Both the position numbers and the translations under genes were made by a program. A stretch of DNA of 63,390 bases, the filler included, from Octopus bimaculoides (Eukaryota): assembly GCF_001194135.2 (NCBI RefSeq). It is 4 parts of 4 records of this genome, joined end to end, with 100 filler letters (N's around TTAATTAATTAA, not from the genome) between each part and the next. Parts side by side here need not be neighbours in the genome. Positions count along the whole stretch, not along the records: positions 1 to 18,782 come from NC_068999.1; 3 more parts are not named here. One strand, 5' to 3'. The notes below the pieces were generated by a model, which did no database searches, was not told where the DNA came from, and saw only the letters and a program-made list of their open reading frames with translations. This document shows, in pieces, positions 1 through 12,410 of this stretch. Every line of letters starts with the position of its first letter. Position 1 is the stretch's first letter.

Positions 1-635
1 GAAAAAAAGCAAAACGAAGCGATGGAAATTAAATACGCTTTACATCGCTTAATCAGCCAAAGGAGTAAATATAAACAACTGAATACTTGTCAGTGATTGG
101 TTGAAATTATCGAAATAAGACAATTTTTTACATGAAATAAATTCGAATGCAAAAATATTTTTCTGTTCTATAACACAAAATAGATAAGTATACGAAATTT
201 GAAAGTCTTTCCGTACCAAAAACACTACGTAAAACATTAATGAAAAATGTGGCCCCCGTTTTAAAATAGATCCAAAGAAAACGCTAAGCTTATATTCCGA
301 AATTTCAAGTGGATTATTTTGAGGTTAGGGTATTGAAAATTATAGGCATGTTTATGCACGTTTCTCAAGCAAAGATACACACGATATAGCTCTACATTTA
401 TATACAAACACATACATATTTCTTTGTATATATACGTGTATGTGTTTGCGAGTGCATGTGCGTGTGTTAGTGTGTATGTGTGTGTGTGTTTGTATGTGTG
501 TGTGACTGTGTATGTATACCCACCTATGCATCCATATATATGTAGAATCGTACACAAGAACCGCTCACTTTATATGTATATGTAGTGTGTGAATGCACGG
601 GCACACACATACATATATGTCTCTCTCTTTCTGTA

Positions 636-675
<40 letters not shown>

Positions 676-1189
676 ACTATATATATATATACGTACAAAC
701 ACGTGCACTTATAAGAGATCAAAATCGGTAATGATATTATTCTCATTAGGACGTTAAGTAATTAGCGATTCAGCTCTGTTAACACTGCATGCGATAATAT
801 TCTCGTGGCTAAAATACATACACTATGTATTTATACACATATAACTACAAAACCCGAGCCAAAGATATACACAGATATCTGGGTGATGTATGCGTACAAA
901 CGCAATCATGTTATATATGAGAGTGGCTGTGTGGCAAGTAGCTTGCTTACCAACCCAATGGTTCCGGATTCAGTCCCACTGCGTGGTAGCTTGATTGTAA
1001 CTTGATTATGAATTTATTCTTTCTTTTGTTTTCTATACTCATATATACATATTAACTTTGTGGTAAGAAATTTGCAAATGGCAAGATTCAAGTTTTAGTC
1101 CCTGTGTGTGCCCAAATATGACAATCGTGGTAGATTTTCAGAGATGGTTGCGAACAGTATTAATAAGAAAACATGATTGTCGTTGCAGG

Positions 1190-1850
1190 AAGAAAAGCTG
1201 AAAAGCGAGACAATGTTTGTTAGTAGCTCGGGAAGATCAGGCACACGACAAACGGATAAATAGCAAGATAGAAAAACTCAGGTAGATTCCCAATGTAGGT
1301 TATTTAAATCAAATGAGGAAAGCGTTATTCATATAGTTAGTGAATGTACTATGCTGGCACAGAAAGAATACAAGAAATAACATGACGACCTAGGAGGAAG
1401 AATTTGATCATACTAGAAAGGAAGAAATATAAGATGTTGAGGGATTTAAATGATAGAGTAATACAAGTCAGAAGGCCTGAGTTACTAGTAGTAGACAAGA
1501 ATTGAAAATGCCAGATAATTGATTTTTACAGTTCCAATTTGAGGGGTATGGAGAAAAGAGAAAATAAAAAAGTACCAGGACCTAGCCATTGACTTAAAAA
1601 AGCAATGGCAATTGCTGGTAAGATGTGTCCTTGTAGTTATAGGTGCATTAGGAACTATTTTTGAAGATTTGAACGGATGGATAGAGGCAATAGACATAAA
1701 GTTTATAAAGATTATTATTAGTTACATCTAGGGTACTTAGGAAAGTTCTTTCCACCTAAGGTTAAATGTAGCTTGATATTAAGAATTTCTTCCAACAGTC
1801 TAACCTGTTGCACGTATATGAAAAAACAACAACAACAACAACAACGATGA
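1190..1850 (+). mobile_element. 3' fragment of R4/Dong-clade non-LTR retrotransposon (Zn knuckle + restriction-like endonuclease), decayed
   Basis: Hand translation across stops and frameshifts: CRLFKSNEESVIHIVSECTMLAQKEYKK*HD (CCHC knuckle), RRPELLVVDKN*KCQIIDF-TVP, KIKKYQDLAIDLKKQW...VVIGALGTI (PD..D..K REL domain). Followed by 3' UTR and an (AAC)n tail at ~1826-1847. Confidence 0.85.
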
Positions 1851-2169
1851 TAATATTAATATGCAGTCGGAGTAGGTAAACTACATCGCTCCACCAATTA
1901 AAAACAAATAAACATCCACTCCTCTTCAAAATATAATTAGGACTACTTTACCGGAAAAAAAACACACAAAAAAAAAAACTAGAAAATAATATAGCAAGTA
2001 AAGAAGATATCGAAATACACATAGGCAACAATGAAACAATTACAGTAAAACAAAACAAATCATATAAGACAATCATCTGCCTTTGTTTAGCAAGTGGGTT
2101 AACAAGTGGTAGGCGGCCCTACCTACATACACGGACATACAAACATATACGTATATATGTGTGTATATA

Positions 2170-2200
<31 letters not shown>

Positions 2201-2917
2201 NNNNNNNNNNNNNNNNNNNNNNNNNNNNNNNNNNNNNNNNNNNNNNNNNNNNNNNNNNNNNNNNNNNNNNNNNNNNNNNNNNNNNNNNNNNNNNNNNNNN
2301 NNNNNNNNNNNNNNNNNNNNNNNNNNNNNNNNNNNNNNNNNNNNNNNNNNNNNNNNNNNNNNNNNNNNNNNNNNNNNNNNNNNNNNNNNNNNNNNNNNNN
2401 NNNNNNNNNNNNNNNNNNNNNNNNNNNNNNNNNNNNNNNNNNNNNNNNNNNNNNNNNNNNNNNNNNNNNNNNNNNNNNNNNNNNNNNNNNNNNNNNNNNN
2501 NNNNNNNNNNNNNNNNNNNNNNNNNNNNNNNNNNNNNNNNNNNNNNNNNNNNNNNNNNNNNNNNNNNNNNNNNNNNNNNNNNNNNNNNNNNNNNNNNNNN
2601 NNNNNNNNNNNNNNNNNNNNNNNNNNNNNNNNNNNNNNNNNNNNNNNNNNNNNNNNNNNNNNNNNNNNNNNNNNNNNNNNNNNNNNNNNNNNNNNNNNNN
2701 NNNNNNNNNNNNNNNNNNNNNNNNNNNNNNNNNNNNNNNNNNNNNNNNNNNNNNNNNNNNNNNNNNNNNNNNNNNNNNNNNNNNNNNNNNNNNNNNNNNN
2801 NNNNNNNNNNNNNNNNNNNNNNNNNNNNNNNNNNNNNNNNNNNNNNNNNNNNNNNNNNNNNNNNNNNNNNNNNNNNNATATATATATATATATATATACA
2901 GATATATGCACATATGA

Positions 2918-3087
2918 GTGGGAAGGCAGATGTACCTCAGTACGCTACTGGTACTTAATATATCGACCCCGAAAGGATGAAAGGCAAATTCGATATCGGT
3001 AGAATTTGAACTCAGAACTTAACAACAGACGAAATACCGCTAAGTGTTACGCCCGGTGTGCTAACTTTTCTGGCAGCGCGCCGCCTT
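2918..3087 (-). mobile_element. SINE family B
   Basis: Same consensus as 32050-32268. Further copies: 3995-4105(+), 4115-4216(-), 4250-4400(+), 16625-16690(+), 25588-25658(+), 30838-30962(-), 43320-43550(+), 53290-53435(+), 61255-61355(+). Confidence 0.85.
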
Positions 3088-3922
3088 CCTTCACTTCCAA
3101 AATTGCACTATCAAGTACGTGTATTTGAATTTCCCCCAGACTTTCTGTAGAACGTTGTAACCAACACTTAAAACATTTTTGAGATATCATGGAAAAAAAA
3201 CCTAACCAAACCATCTTCGACTAATACATACTTCATTGGACATGGTTTGACGTACCTCTTTTCAGGTTTCAGCGACAGTTGAAAAAGGTGCGAGTGAACA
3301 CTTCATCCTGTGTGAGTATTCTGTGTTACGTAGTAACTGTTCTTGTATCAATAATTTCATAATATTTTCTAAGATAGATACGTTAACAAGTATTCTTTTC
3401 ATGAGGACTGTCAATTATATTGATTCTCAGGACTTGGCTTGTACTTTCATTTATCACCTCCAAAATTATGAAAAGCATAACTAACCTCCTATTACATTTA
3501 CTCTCAATACATATCGAACGATAAGAAATAGCTCAATATATGTTCTTCAGTTCGCAAATGATTCTACGACACCATTAACAAAGGACATGCATAAAAACAT
3601 GTTTTTTTTAAATACTTTAATTTTAATTTAAGCTCGCGGTCTGTAGGTTCTGAACTAAAAAAAAAAAACACTGAGGTCAGCTCTGCCTTTCAGGGTTGAT
3701 GAGATTGGTTACTAGGTAAACACAGAAGTGTATATAATCGATGAATAACTTCCTATAAAATTGCTGGTATTGTACCAACATATAAATCTGCAAACCTGAG
3801 CAGTAGAGGTCGCATGATATGATAGTTCACAGTATTTGAGTGGTATTTAATGTATCAAACCTAGCTATCTGAAAGCAAAGTAAATCTCGGCAATAAGTTG
3901 ACCTTAAAAATGGAGGACAGCC

Positions 3923-3994
<72 letters not shown>

Positions 3995-5423
3995 TAAGAC
4001 AGCGAGTTGGCAGAATCGTTAGAACGCCGAGCAGAATGCTTTGCGAAATTTCGTCGGTCTTTACGTTCTGAGTTTAAAATCCACCGAGGTCCATTTTGAA
4101 TTGTATCCTATCTTGAAGGCATGGGAGACAAATTTACACTGAGCAGATTTGAACTCAGTATTCAAAGAACTGGAAGAAATAACTGCAAGCATTATGTCCG
4201 ACGTGACAACGATTCTATATATATATACATGCGTTGTATGTTCCATCTCATAATGTTCTGAGTTCAAATTCTGGCAGGGTCAACTTACCCAATCATCCTT
4301 CGGGTTCATTAACATATAGTATCAGACAAGTCAACGGGTGATAAGTTTCGCGACAGACAATCATCTCAAAATTTCTGGCCTTTTGCCTCAATCACAAACA
4401 CAGAAGTGAATATAAAAATATTAAAGGATTTCAAAAATCACAACGTTCAAATCCGCTAGTCTATTTATGTATATTTCACAGAAATATAATCCTTGTAATA
4501 TATATGACATACAGTGTAATATGTCTCCGTTTATGGTGACAGAACACATTACGTAAAAAAAGTCATCTCGATATAGGGAACGGCTAAATATGTCACGCTA
4601 CAAGAAACACCTGTCACAGGAAGCCATTACTATAGTCAATAGGTACAACACAAGCTGACCCGACGTCTTCAGTTTTATGGGTTTTGTAGCATTTTTAAAT
4701 TCCCGCATTAAATATATTTCCATTTCTCTTATTTGTATTCAAAGCAAGGACTCACATTACAAAACTATTTAAATATATCCATATATACATGTACATACAC
4801 ACACACACACACACACACACGCACATATATATACATATATATATAAAGATATATATATATGTATATATATATATATATGTAGATGTATGTTTATATACAT
4901 ATATATGTATGTATATACATGTATATATATATATATGTATTCACACGTATATNNNNNNNNNNNNNNNNNNNNNNNNNNNNNNNNNNNNNNNNNNNNNNNN
5001 NNNNNNNNNNNNNNNNNNNNNNNNNNNNNNNNNNNNNNNNNNNNNNNNNNNNNNNNNNNNNNNNNNNNNNNNNNNNNNNNNNNNNNNNNNNNNNNNNNNN
5101 NNNNNNNNNNNNNNNNNNNNNNNNNNNNNNNNNNNNNNNNNNNNNNNNNNNNNNNNNNNNNNNNNNNNNNNNNNNNNNNNNNNNNNNNNNNNNNNNNNNN
5201 NNNNNNNNNNNNNNNNNNNNNNNNNNNNNNNNNNNNNNNNNNNNNNNNNNNNNNNNNNNNNNNNNNNNNNNNNNNNNNNNNNNNNNNNNNNNNNNNNNNN
5301 NNNNNNNNNNNNNNNNNNNNNNNNNNNNNNNNNNNNNNNNNNNNNNNNNNNNNNNNNNNNNNNNNNNNNNNNNNNNNNNNNNNNNNNNNNNNNNNNNNNN
5401 NNNNNNNNNNNNNNNNNNNNNNN

Positions 5424-5458
<35 letters not shown>

Positions 5459-6007
5459 GGAGGGAGAGAGAGAGAGCCGTTTATTAATATACGTGTTTTG
5501 ATTTGATTACTTTGTTTGTGTGCGTGCGATGGGAACGTTTGTTTCGCCAGACTGATCAATTGTGTAACAGAAGCTCTGATGAAAATCCTACAGCAAACTG
5601 CATATCATATCACAGTGGTTGGGAAAGTGATGTAATATATACAATTAGACAAATAAGTGCTACCTTCGAGTGTATTTGTATTAAATAGTTTTCATGTAAC
5701 GTTGTGTGACATTCTGTCACTTCGGGTTGCGAATACACACATGCACACCCGTGCAACCATTCAGACACACGACTATATATACCCAAACAAACACACTCAC
5801 ACACACAAACACACTCACGCACACAAACACACTCACACACACAAACACACTCACACACACATACACACAAAGTGAGACATATGCCTCTCCCCCCATTCTC
5901 CCTATCTATCTATCTATCTATCTATCTTTTAGTTCTCCAGCATGGCTGAGATGTAATTTAAATTATACATATATGTATACATAGATACGTATTTGCCTAC
6001 AAACATA

Positions 6008-6044
<37 letters not shown>

Positions 6045-7511
6045 TTCTTTGTATATTTGTACATGTATACACACACACACACACACACACACNNNNNNNN
6101 NNNNNNNNNNNNNNNNNNNNNNNNNNNNNNNNNNNNNNNNNNNNNNNNNNNNNNNNNNNNNNNNNNNNNNNNNNNNNNNNNNNNNNNNNNNNNNNNNNNN
6201 NNNNNNNNNNNNNNNNNNNNNNNNNNNNNNNNNNNNNNNNNNNNNNNNNNNNNNNNNNNNNNNNNNNNNNNNNNNNNNNNNNNNNNNNNNNNNNNNNNNN
6301 NNNNNNNNNNNNNNNNNNNNNNNNNNNNNNNNNNNNNNNNNNNNNNNNNNNNNNNNNNNNNNNNNNNNNNNNNNNNNNNNNNNNNNNNNNNNNNNNNNNN
6401 NNNNNNNNNNNNNNNNNNNNNNNNNNNNNNNNNNNNNNNNNNNNNNNNNNNNNNNNNNNNNNNNNNNNNNNNNNNNNNNNNNNNNNNNNNNNNNNNNNNN
6501 NNNNNNNNNNNNNNNNNNNNNNNNNNNNNNNNNNNNNNNNNNNNNNNNNNNNNNNNNNNNNNNNNNNNNNNNNNNNNNNNNNNNNNNNNNNNNNNNNNNN
6601 NNNNNNNNNNNNNNNNNNNNNNNNNNNNNNNNNNNNNNNNNNNNNNNNNNNNNNNNNNNNNNNNNNNNNNNNNNNNNNNNNNNNNNNNNNNNNNNNNNNN
6701 NNNNNNNNNNNNNNNNNNNNNNNNNNNNNNNNNNNNNNNNNNNNNNNNNNNNNNNNNNNNNNNNNNNNNNNNNNNNNNNNNNNNNNNNNNNNNNNNNNNN
6801 NNNNNNNNNTAATTCGTCAGCCACATCCACCCACTACATATAACTTCAATATTTCTGTCTATTACAATAGACGGGGTAACAAGGACCCGGATTAGGTTAA
6901 CCGATATAAATAGAGAAAAGGAAAACAAGCTCATAAGTACCAATCCCTCGTACACTTACGTGTGTTTGTGTGTGAGTGTGTATGTATGAGTAACTATGTT
7001 TATACATGTGTGTGTATCTGGATGTGCGTGTGATTGTATGTCTGTGTGTTTGTATTAATTTGGATATGTACATGTGGATATACATATACATACTTTGCAT
7101 TAAATTAGGAAAGAAGAATTTAAATATGAAATCGATGTTTAGAAATACAACATTCAGTCTCTGTCTCTGACTCTCTCTCTCTCAGTGTCTCTCTCTCTCT
7201 GTCTCTCTGTATTTCTCTTACTTCGAATGAAACGTATATCTATATCTCGCATTATATATATATTTGAAACCGTTTACTATGCATTATAACTTACGAAGTT
7301 TGTTGTCTTTTGATCCTATTGTTATTTTTTATTTCCTAAGATTCTTCTTTCCGCGCCCAAAATTCTAATGGTTTAAATAATTTCAAAATCGTATACCAAT
7401 CTCATGTAGATGTCAACATATTTAGTTATTTTGTTACTAAAGAAAGAAATGCATGCGAGGCCAGCATTTAAAAAAAAAACACTCCCGTGCTTGCTGGCGG
7501 CTGGACACGAG

Positions 7512-7545
7512 TCTTTAACATAGTTTTCACGACTTCTTCAGAAGA
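7512..7545 (-). ncRNA. Minimal type-I hammerhead ribozyme-like motif
   Basis: Minus strand UCUU-CUGAAGA-A(GUCG)U-GAAA-AC(UAU)GU-UA-AAGA: intact CUGANGA/GAAA/UH core, 4-bp stem I, 1-bp stem II, 3-bp stem III. Confidence 0.5.
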
Positions 7546-7988
7546 TTATTTCCGGTTAAATAAAAGAGATGAAAAAAATCTCATTTACCATTATTACAAC
7601 AAATTTCAAATGTATACTGCAGAAAAAATTCCCCTACCCTCCCAAACGAATATATCTGGCAATTTATCTGCCTACATTGGAATTGGTGTTATAAAGGAAC
7701 ATATTGTTACCAGAACACGCGCGAATTTCGAAATCTACCCGGAAAGATGAAGAGAAATGAGGTGATTGTTTGTCTCTGGCGGCCAATCGTTCTAGGTCTG
7801 ATGAAATTATAAGAAAGCAACAAAATATCATTAATATAGGTAAAAACTGAATAAATATATAAAGGTGTGCGTATATGCATATATACATACATAAAAAAAA
7901 CATGCATATATACAGACAGACGGACATAAACACACATATGTGTGTATGTACATCTTTCTATTTCTCGGTGTATCTCTCTCCCACTCAC

Positions 7989-8050
<62 letters not shown>

Positions 8051-8227
8051 TCACATGTGTATATTTATGGCTATATTATGTATCTATATTTATCTGTCTT
8101 TCTGTGTTTGTTTTTATGTATGTATGGAGTGATATAGCAACACTAACTCTTAAAATTTGTAAGGAGAATAAAAATAGTGAAGACGATTATGAGGATGACG
8201 ACGACGACGACGATAATGCTGATGATG

Positions 8228-8261
<34 letters not shown>

Positions 8262-8271
8262 NNNNNNNNNN

Positions 8272-8305
<34 letters not shown>

Positions 8306-8859
8306 TAATAATAGAAAATGCGAACGTATTAATGAGAAAGTTGAAATGGCGGCGGTTTGTAATATGATTAGAGAGATAGCCTTAGAGGTTAAGTCGATGC
8401 TTTGAGAATTTCGTTGGAATCACGTTGAAACTGAACAGAGGAACAGATTTTTCGTCACATTGGTAGGCCGGACTTTACCAAAGAGGATAAATGAAAAGGA
8501 GACGTGAAAACGAGCATTTAACCTTTTGGCAATTCCATTTTAGGGCGTGACACTTTACGCTTCTTCAACATTCACCATTTCGTGTATTTTTGATAATATA
8601 TTTATTTCTAAAGTCTCAGATCTGTTGTTGATAGTTAAAAATAACTTTAAACACCAAAAAAAAAAAAAAGAAAACGAAAGAAAAAGAGGAAAGAAAATGC
8701 ATTATCGTTTTTATTATTGTTATTGCCATTTTTATTATTGTTCTTGTTCAGGTTGTTGCAGATGTCATTCTTATTGACATTAATAGTCGTGTTAGTCGTA
8801 ACTTTAGTATTGTTGTTATAATTATTACTTTTTATTATTAGCATTGGTAGAATTAAACC

Positions 8860-9012
<153 letters not shown>

Positions 9013-9501
9013 TGTATTATGATACACAGTTGTAAGTATCTCCACCTTTTTCTCCTCCCTCGTAACTCTTTTCTCCATTTGAGAAATTCCCATGTTTCTA
9101 CAGGATTTTTCACGTAAGCAATATGTAAGCAGTGCGCGCGAGAATGTGCGTGCGACACTGTGTGCGTGTTGCGTTTTTTGTATGTCTTTCTTGTGAACAT
9201 GCATGCGTGTGATTGTGTCAATGTGCGTGTAATGCCACTCTTTAATGTTTGAAGAGAGAACCCAAAATAATAGAATCTGCGTACACAAGCGAAGCTTTAC
9301 GAAGGATCGTTCTCGGAGTGGAGTGCATGTCGATATAAACTAAATGCTTTCATTAAACTTTCATTAACAAAAATAAATTACTCGCTAAAGTTTTAGACAA
9401 ATTCATATCCACAGACGTCATACAAAGAAAAGAATTTATAAAACTGAAACACACAACGACAAAATTAATGCTCTAGGTGCTGATATAATAATACACATTT
9501 G

Positions 9502-9546
<45 letters not shown>

Positions 9547-10895
9547 TTTGATAGGTTTCGGCCAGTATAGACCCAGGCCTTATGTATATATATCAGAGGG
9601 TAGAGAGAGAGAGAGAGACCGAGTGAGAGACAGGTGAATTAGAGGAGCGGAAGTATATTACAATGTGAAGAAGTCTAATGCCGAAATTTGTAGAATACAT
9701 TTTATATTCAAAACCAAATACACCGAAGTCGCTGCACCAAATTTCACGTTGCCGATTTTAAACGATTATTGAAATGGAAACAGTAACGTATGAATTCATA
9801 TATAAATATATCAAAATCGATCCATCCCAGCTGGTTTTAAATTATAAAGGAAGCATCGCGATAGTTTCAAATTTAATTCTTCACTAAAAATTATTTAAAC
9901 CTAGTTTGAACATGTTATACAGAGAGAAAGTTTATATTAATCGGCAATGTTTCAGGGTACTGCAATAGTTCGCTTTCTTGTATAATATTTATAATATACA
10001 GTTTACTTCAGCTAGGGTAGTTGAAAAGATTAAAGGGTCGGTGTTGAAATATGCTTCACTCCTCAGCATTTCAGAGAGAAGAGAGAGAGAGAGCGGGTGA
10101 TAGTAAGATATACACATATTAAGGTACCCATGGCGTGATAAGAATTATAGTACAGTGTACCTGATCAAGTGGAACAAGGTTTACCTTTAAGTAGTCTATC
10201 GTATCTGGCAATTCGATAATTCTCCCCCAGATTCATTGATTGATGTGCAAAAATTAGTAATGAAAGTTGAGCTTTTGAAGAAATACAAATAATAGAATTC
10301 ATCAGATATTTCCCTTAAATATTAGACATTCTTTAAAATGATATATGGGTCATATTCAAAAATTTAGATTGTAAGATTGATTACAGTGTTGTAAAATTCC
10401 TTTTTTCATTATCCATTTATATTTCATCCTCTTTAAAACATTCATTCAATGTAGAATTGTCAGCCATCACATTTAATATATATGTACAAATATATATATA
10501 TATATCAAAATTAACTACATCTTAATAATAGGAAAAAGAGGTAAGGCTGCATAAATTTCGATGAACAAATGCTATAGATCAAATTATTTGAAAAAAAAAA
10601 AAAAATGAAAAAAGTAAAACATTTCTTCTAGAAATATTTCAAAGTAGAAAATATCGCATTTCAACTTTTAATCATTAAATTTGACGAGGAATATTTCTGT
10701 CGATTTTGTTTCTAGGGCCAACTCCTCTTTTAACAGGAGTAAAATAGCTCCCGCTATAACCTGATGGTTATAAATTCTACGATAGTCTGACAATTCGGTC
10801 GCATGTGTTCGAACTAAGTCTTCCAAAAAATTGGAACACTTATTTTAAAATCGTCATAAACCAATATTTGTCAGTGTAAATATGTCTCTGGAGCG

Positions 10896-10966
<71 letters not shown>

Positions 10967-11054
10967 CATCATTATTGTTATCATCATCATCATCGTCATC
11001 ATAATCATCATCAGCATCATCATCATCATCATCATCATTATTATTATTATTATT

Positions 11055-11210
11055 AAGATGGCGAGCTGGCGGAATGTTCAGTGATATTTCACTAGTTGCT
11101 AGGTTCTGCGTTTAAATTTCGCCGCGGTCGACTCTGTCTTTCCTCTTTTCGAGGTCGATAAATTAAGTACCAGTTGTGAACGAGGACCGATGTAATCGTG
11201 TATCCCCCTT
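11055..11210 (+). mobile_element. SINE family B directly after a (TTA)n/(TCA)n tract
   Basis: taagatggcgagctggcggaa...gtcgac...gaggtcgataaattaagtaccag. Confidence 0.85.
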
Positions 11211-11269
11211 TTTATAGTCTGCCCAGGCTATTAATAAGATTTTGTGCCGTTTTTGGACTATCTTCCAGG

Positions 11270-11700
11270 TTATGCTTCAATTGTTTCTTCATTTTTAGGA
11301 ATATTACGCCATTAATTAGCCACGAGGGAAACATAAGAGGTTGTTGCAATGCATTATTGTAAAGTTTTGTTAGTAGTTCATGACTTTCTGGGAAGGCATT
11401 CAACCAGGAGTTAAGAATTTTATCCTTTCCTGGAGATTTCTATTTGCTTTACTTCCTGAGTGCAGATTTTACATCTTCCTTGACACTCTCCCACTTTTGC
11501 ACTTCAAAGGTGTCTAGGTCAGTAGATATTCTATTGATCCAAGGGGCTTTTTTGTTGTGTGTTTTTCCTTCTGTCCAATTTTATTGTAAAATTTCTGCAC
11601 GTTCTCCTTTGATGGGACAGACTTTGCTGTAAATGGCATTCTCCCAATCTTCCAGTATAAATTATTTTGGTTAATAATAACCGAATAATAAAGAAGTTCG
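11270..11700 (-). mobile_element. R4/Dong-clade fragment: region leading into RT domain
   Basis: Minus-strand translation NQNNLYWK...PSKENVQKF...KEDVKSALRK...KSPGKDKILNSWLNAFPESHELLTKLYN...FPSWLINGVIFL resembles Dong NWKSPG.D.I.NFWL..F...P.WL..G.T.L. Confidence 0.75.
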
Positions 11701-11744
11701 TAAGGCCTTCTATCATGCCATTTATTTCCCCACAAATAAATCTA

Positions 11745-12010
11745 GTACTGAACAAGCCTACTTAACCTGGAGACAGAAGCACCTTGAAGTAAGATCCAAC
11801 ATAGACAGTAAGAAACTTGCAAACGTCAGAAGAAACATTATGAAAAAGAAATTACGAACTGAATTAGAGATTGACCAAATGAAACAATCAGTTAAGGACA
11901 CAGGGTACGAAGTTGCAGCTAAAGAAGATACTACAGAGGAAATAATTATAGACCAACCCAGATCTGATGAAAATGCAGTAACGATAGAAAGGGCCTCTGC
12001 ATCGGAATAA
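11745..12010 (+). mobile_element. R4/Dong-clade N-terminal fragment, opposite orientation to the adjacent piece
   Basis: Open frame YLTWRQKHLEVRSNIDSKKLANVRRNIMKKKLRTELEIDQMK matches the recalled N-terminal W....LA..RR.I.....L.ELEI motif of Dong/R4 ORFs. Confidence 0.6.
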
Positions 12011-12367
12011 CGGCGGGTACAAAAACCAGAGCATGTTGGGGATACATGAGCGCTCCAATTCTGCCAATCAAATTAACGGCACAATCTATAGATGCACATT
12101 TTGCCTTTCGATAATATCGGCTGAGTACAAAACAATGCACAACGGATAAACGCAATATATTAAAAAAGAAAAAAAAAACTAACATCAGTAATTCTTGCAG
12201 CACTCATAATATTTGGGTCACCTGTTGACACGCGTCTCCCAGTTATAGACAGAAAAGGAAAAACCCTAAATTATGCCGACGTATGGTATCAGAGCGCACA
12301 GCTGATATAAGCACAGCCACCTTAAGATAGTTTTGATGTTGGCCCTCTTCGACACAATGGGATCGTC

Positions 12368-12410
12368 TTTCGGGGTGCCCTGGTTTCGGGGTGCCCTGGT
12401 TTCGGGGTGC
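12368..12410. repeat. 16-bp GC-rich tandem repeat x2.7
   Basis: TTTCGGGGTGCCCTGG twice plus a partial third copy. Confidence 0.95.

Noticed and set aside
6830-6842. Minus-strand CTGACGA at a gap edge
   Set aside because: The rest would lie in the N run; cannot be assessed.
7798-7816. CTGATGA...GAAAG as a second hammerhead
   Set aside because: No stem II closing pair and no stems I or III.
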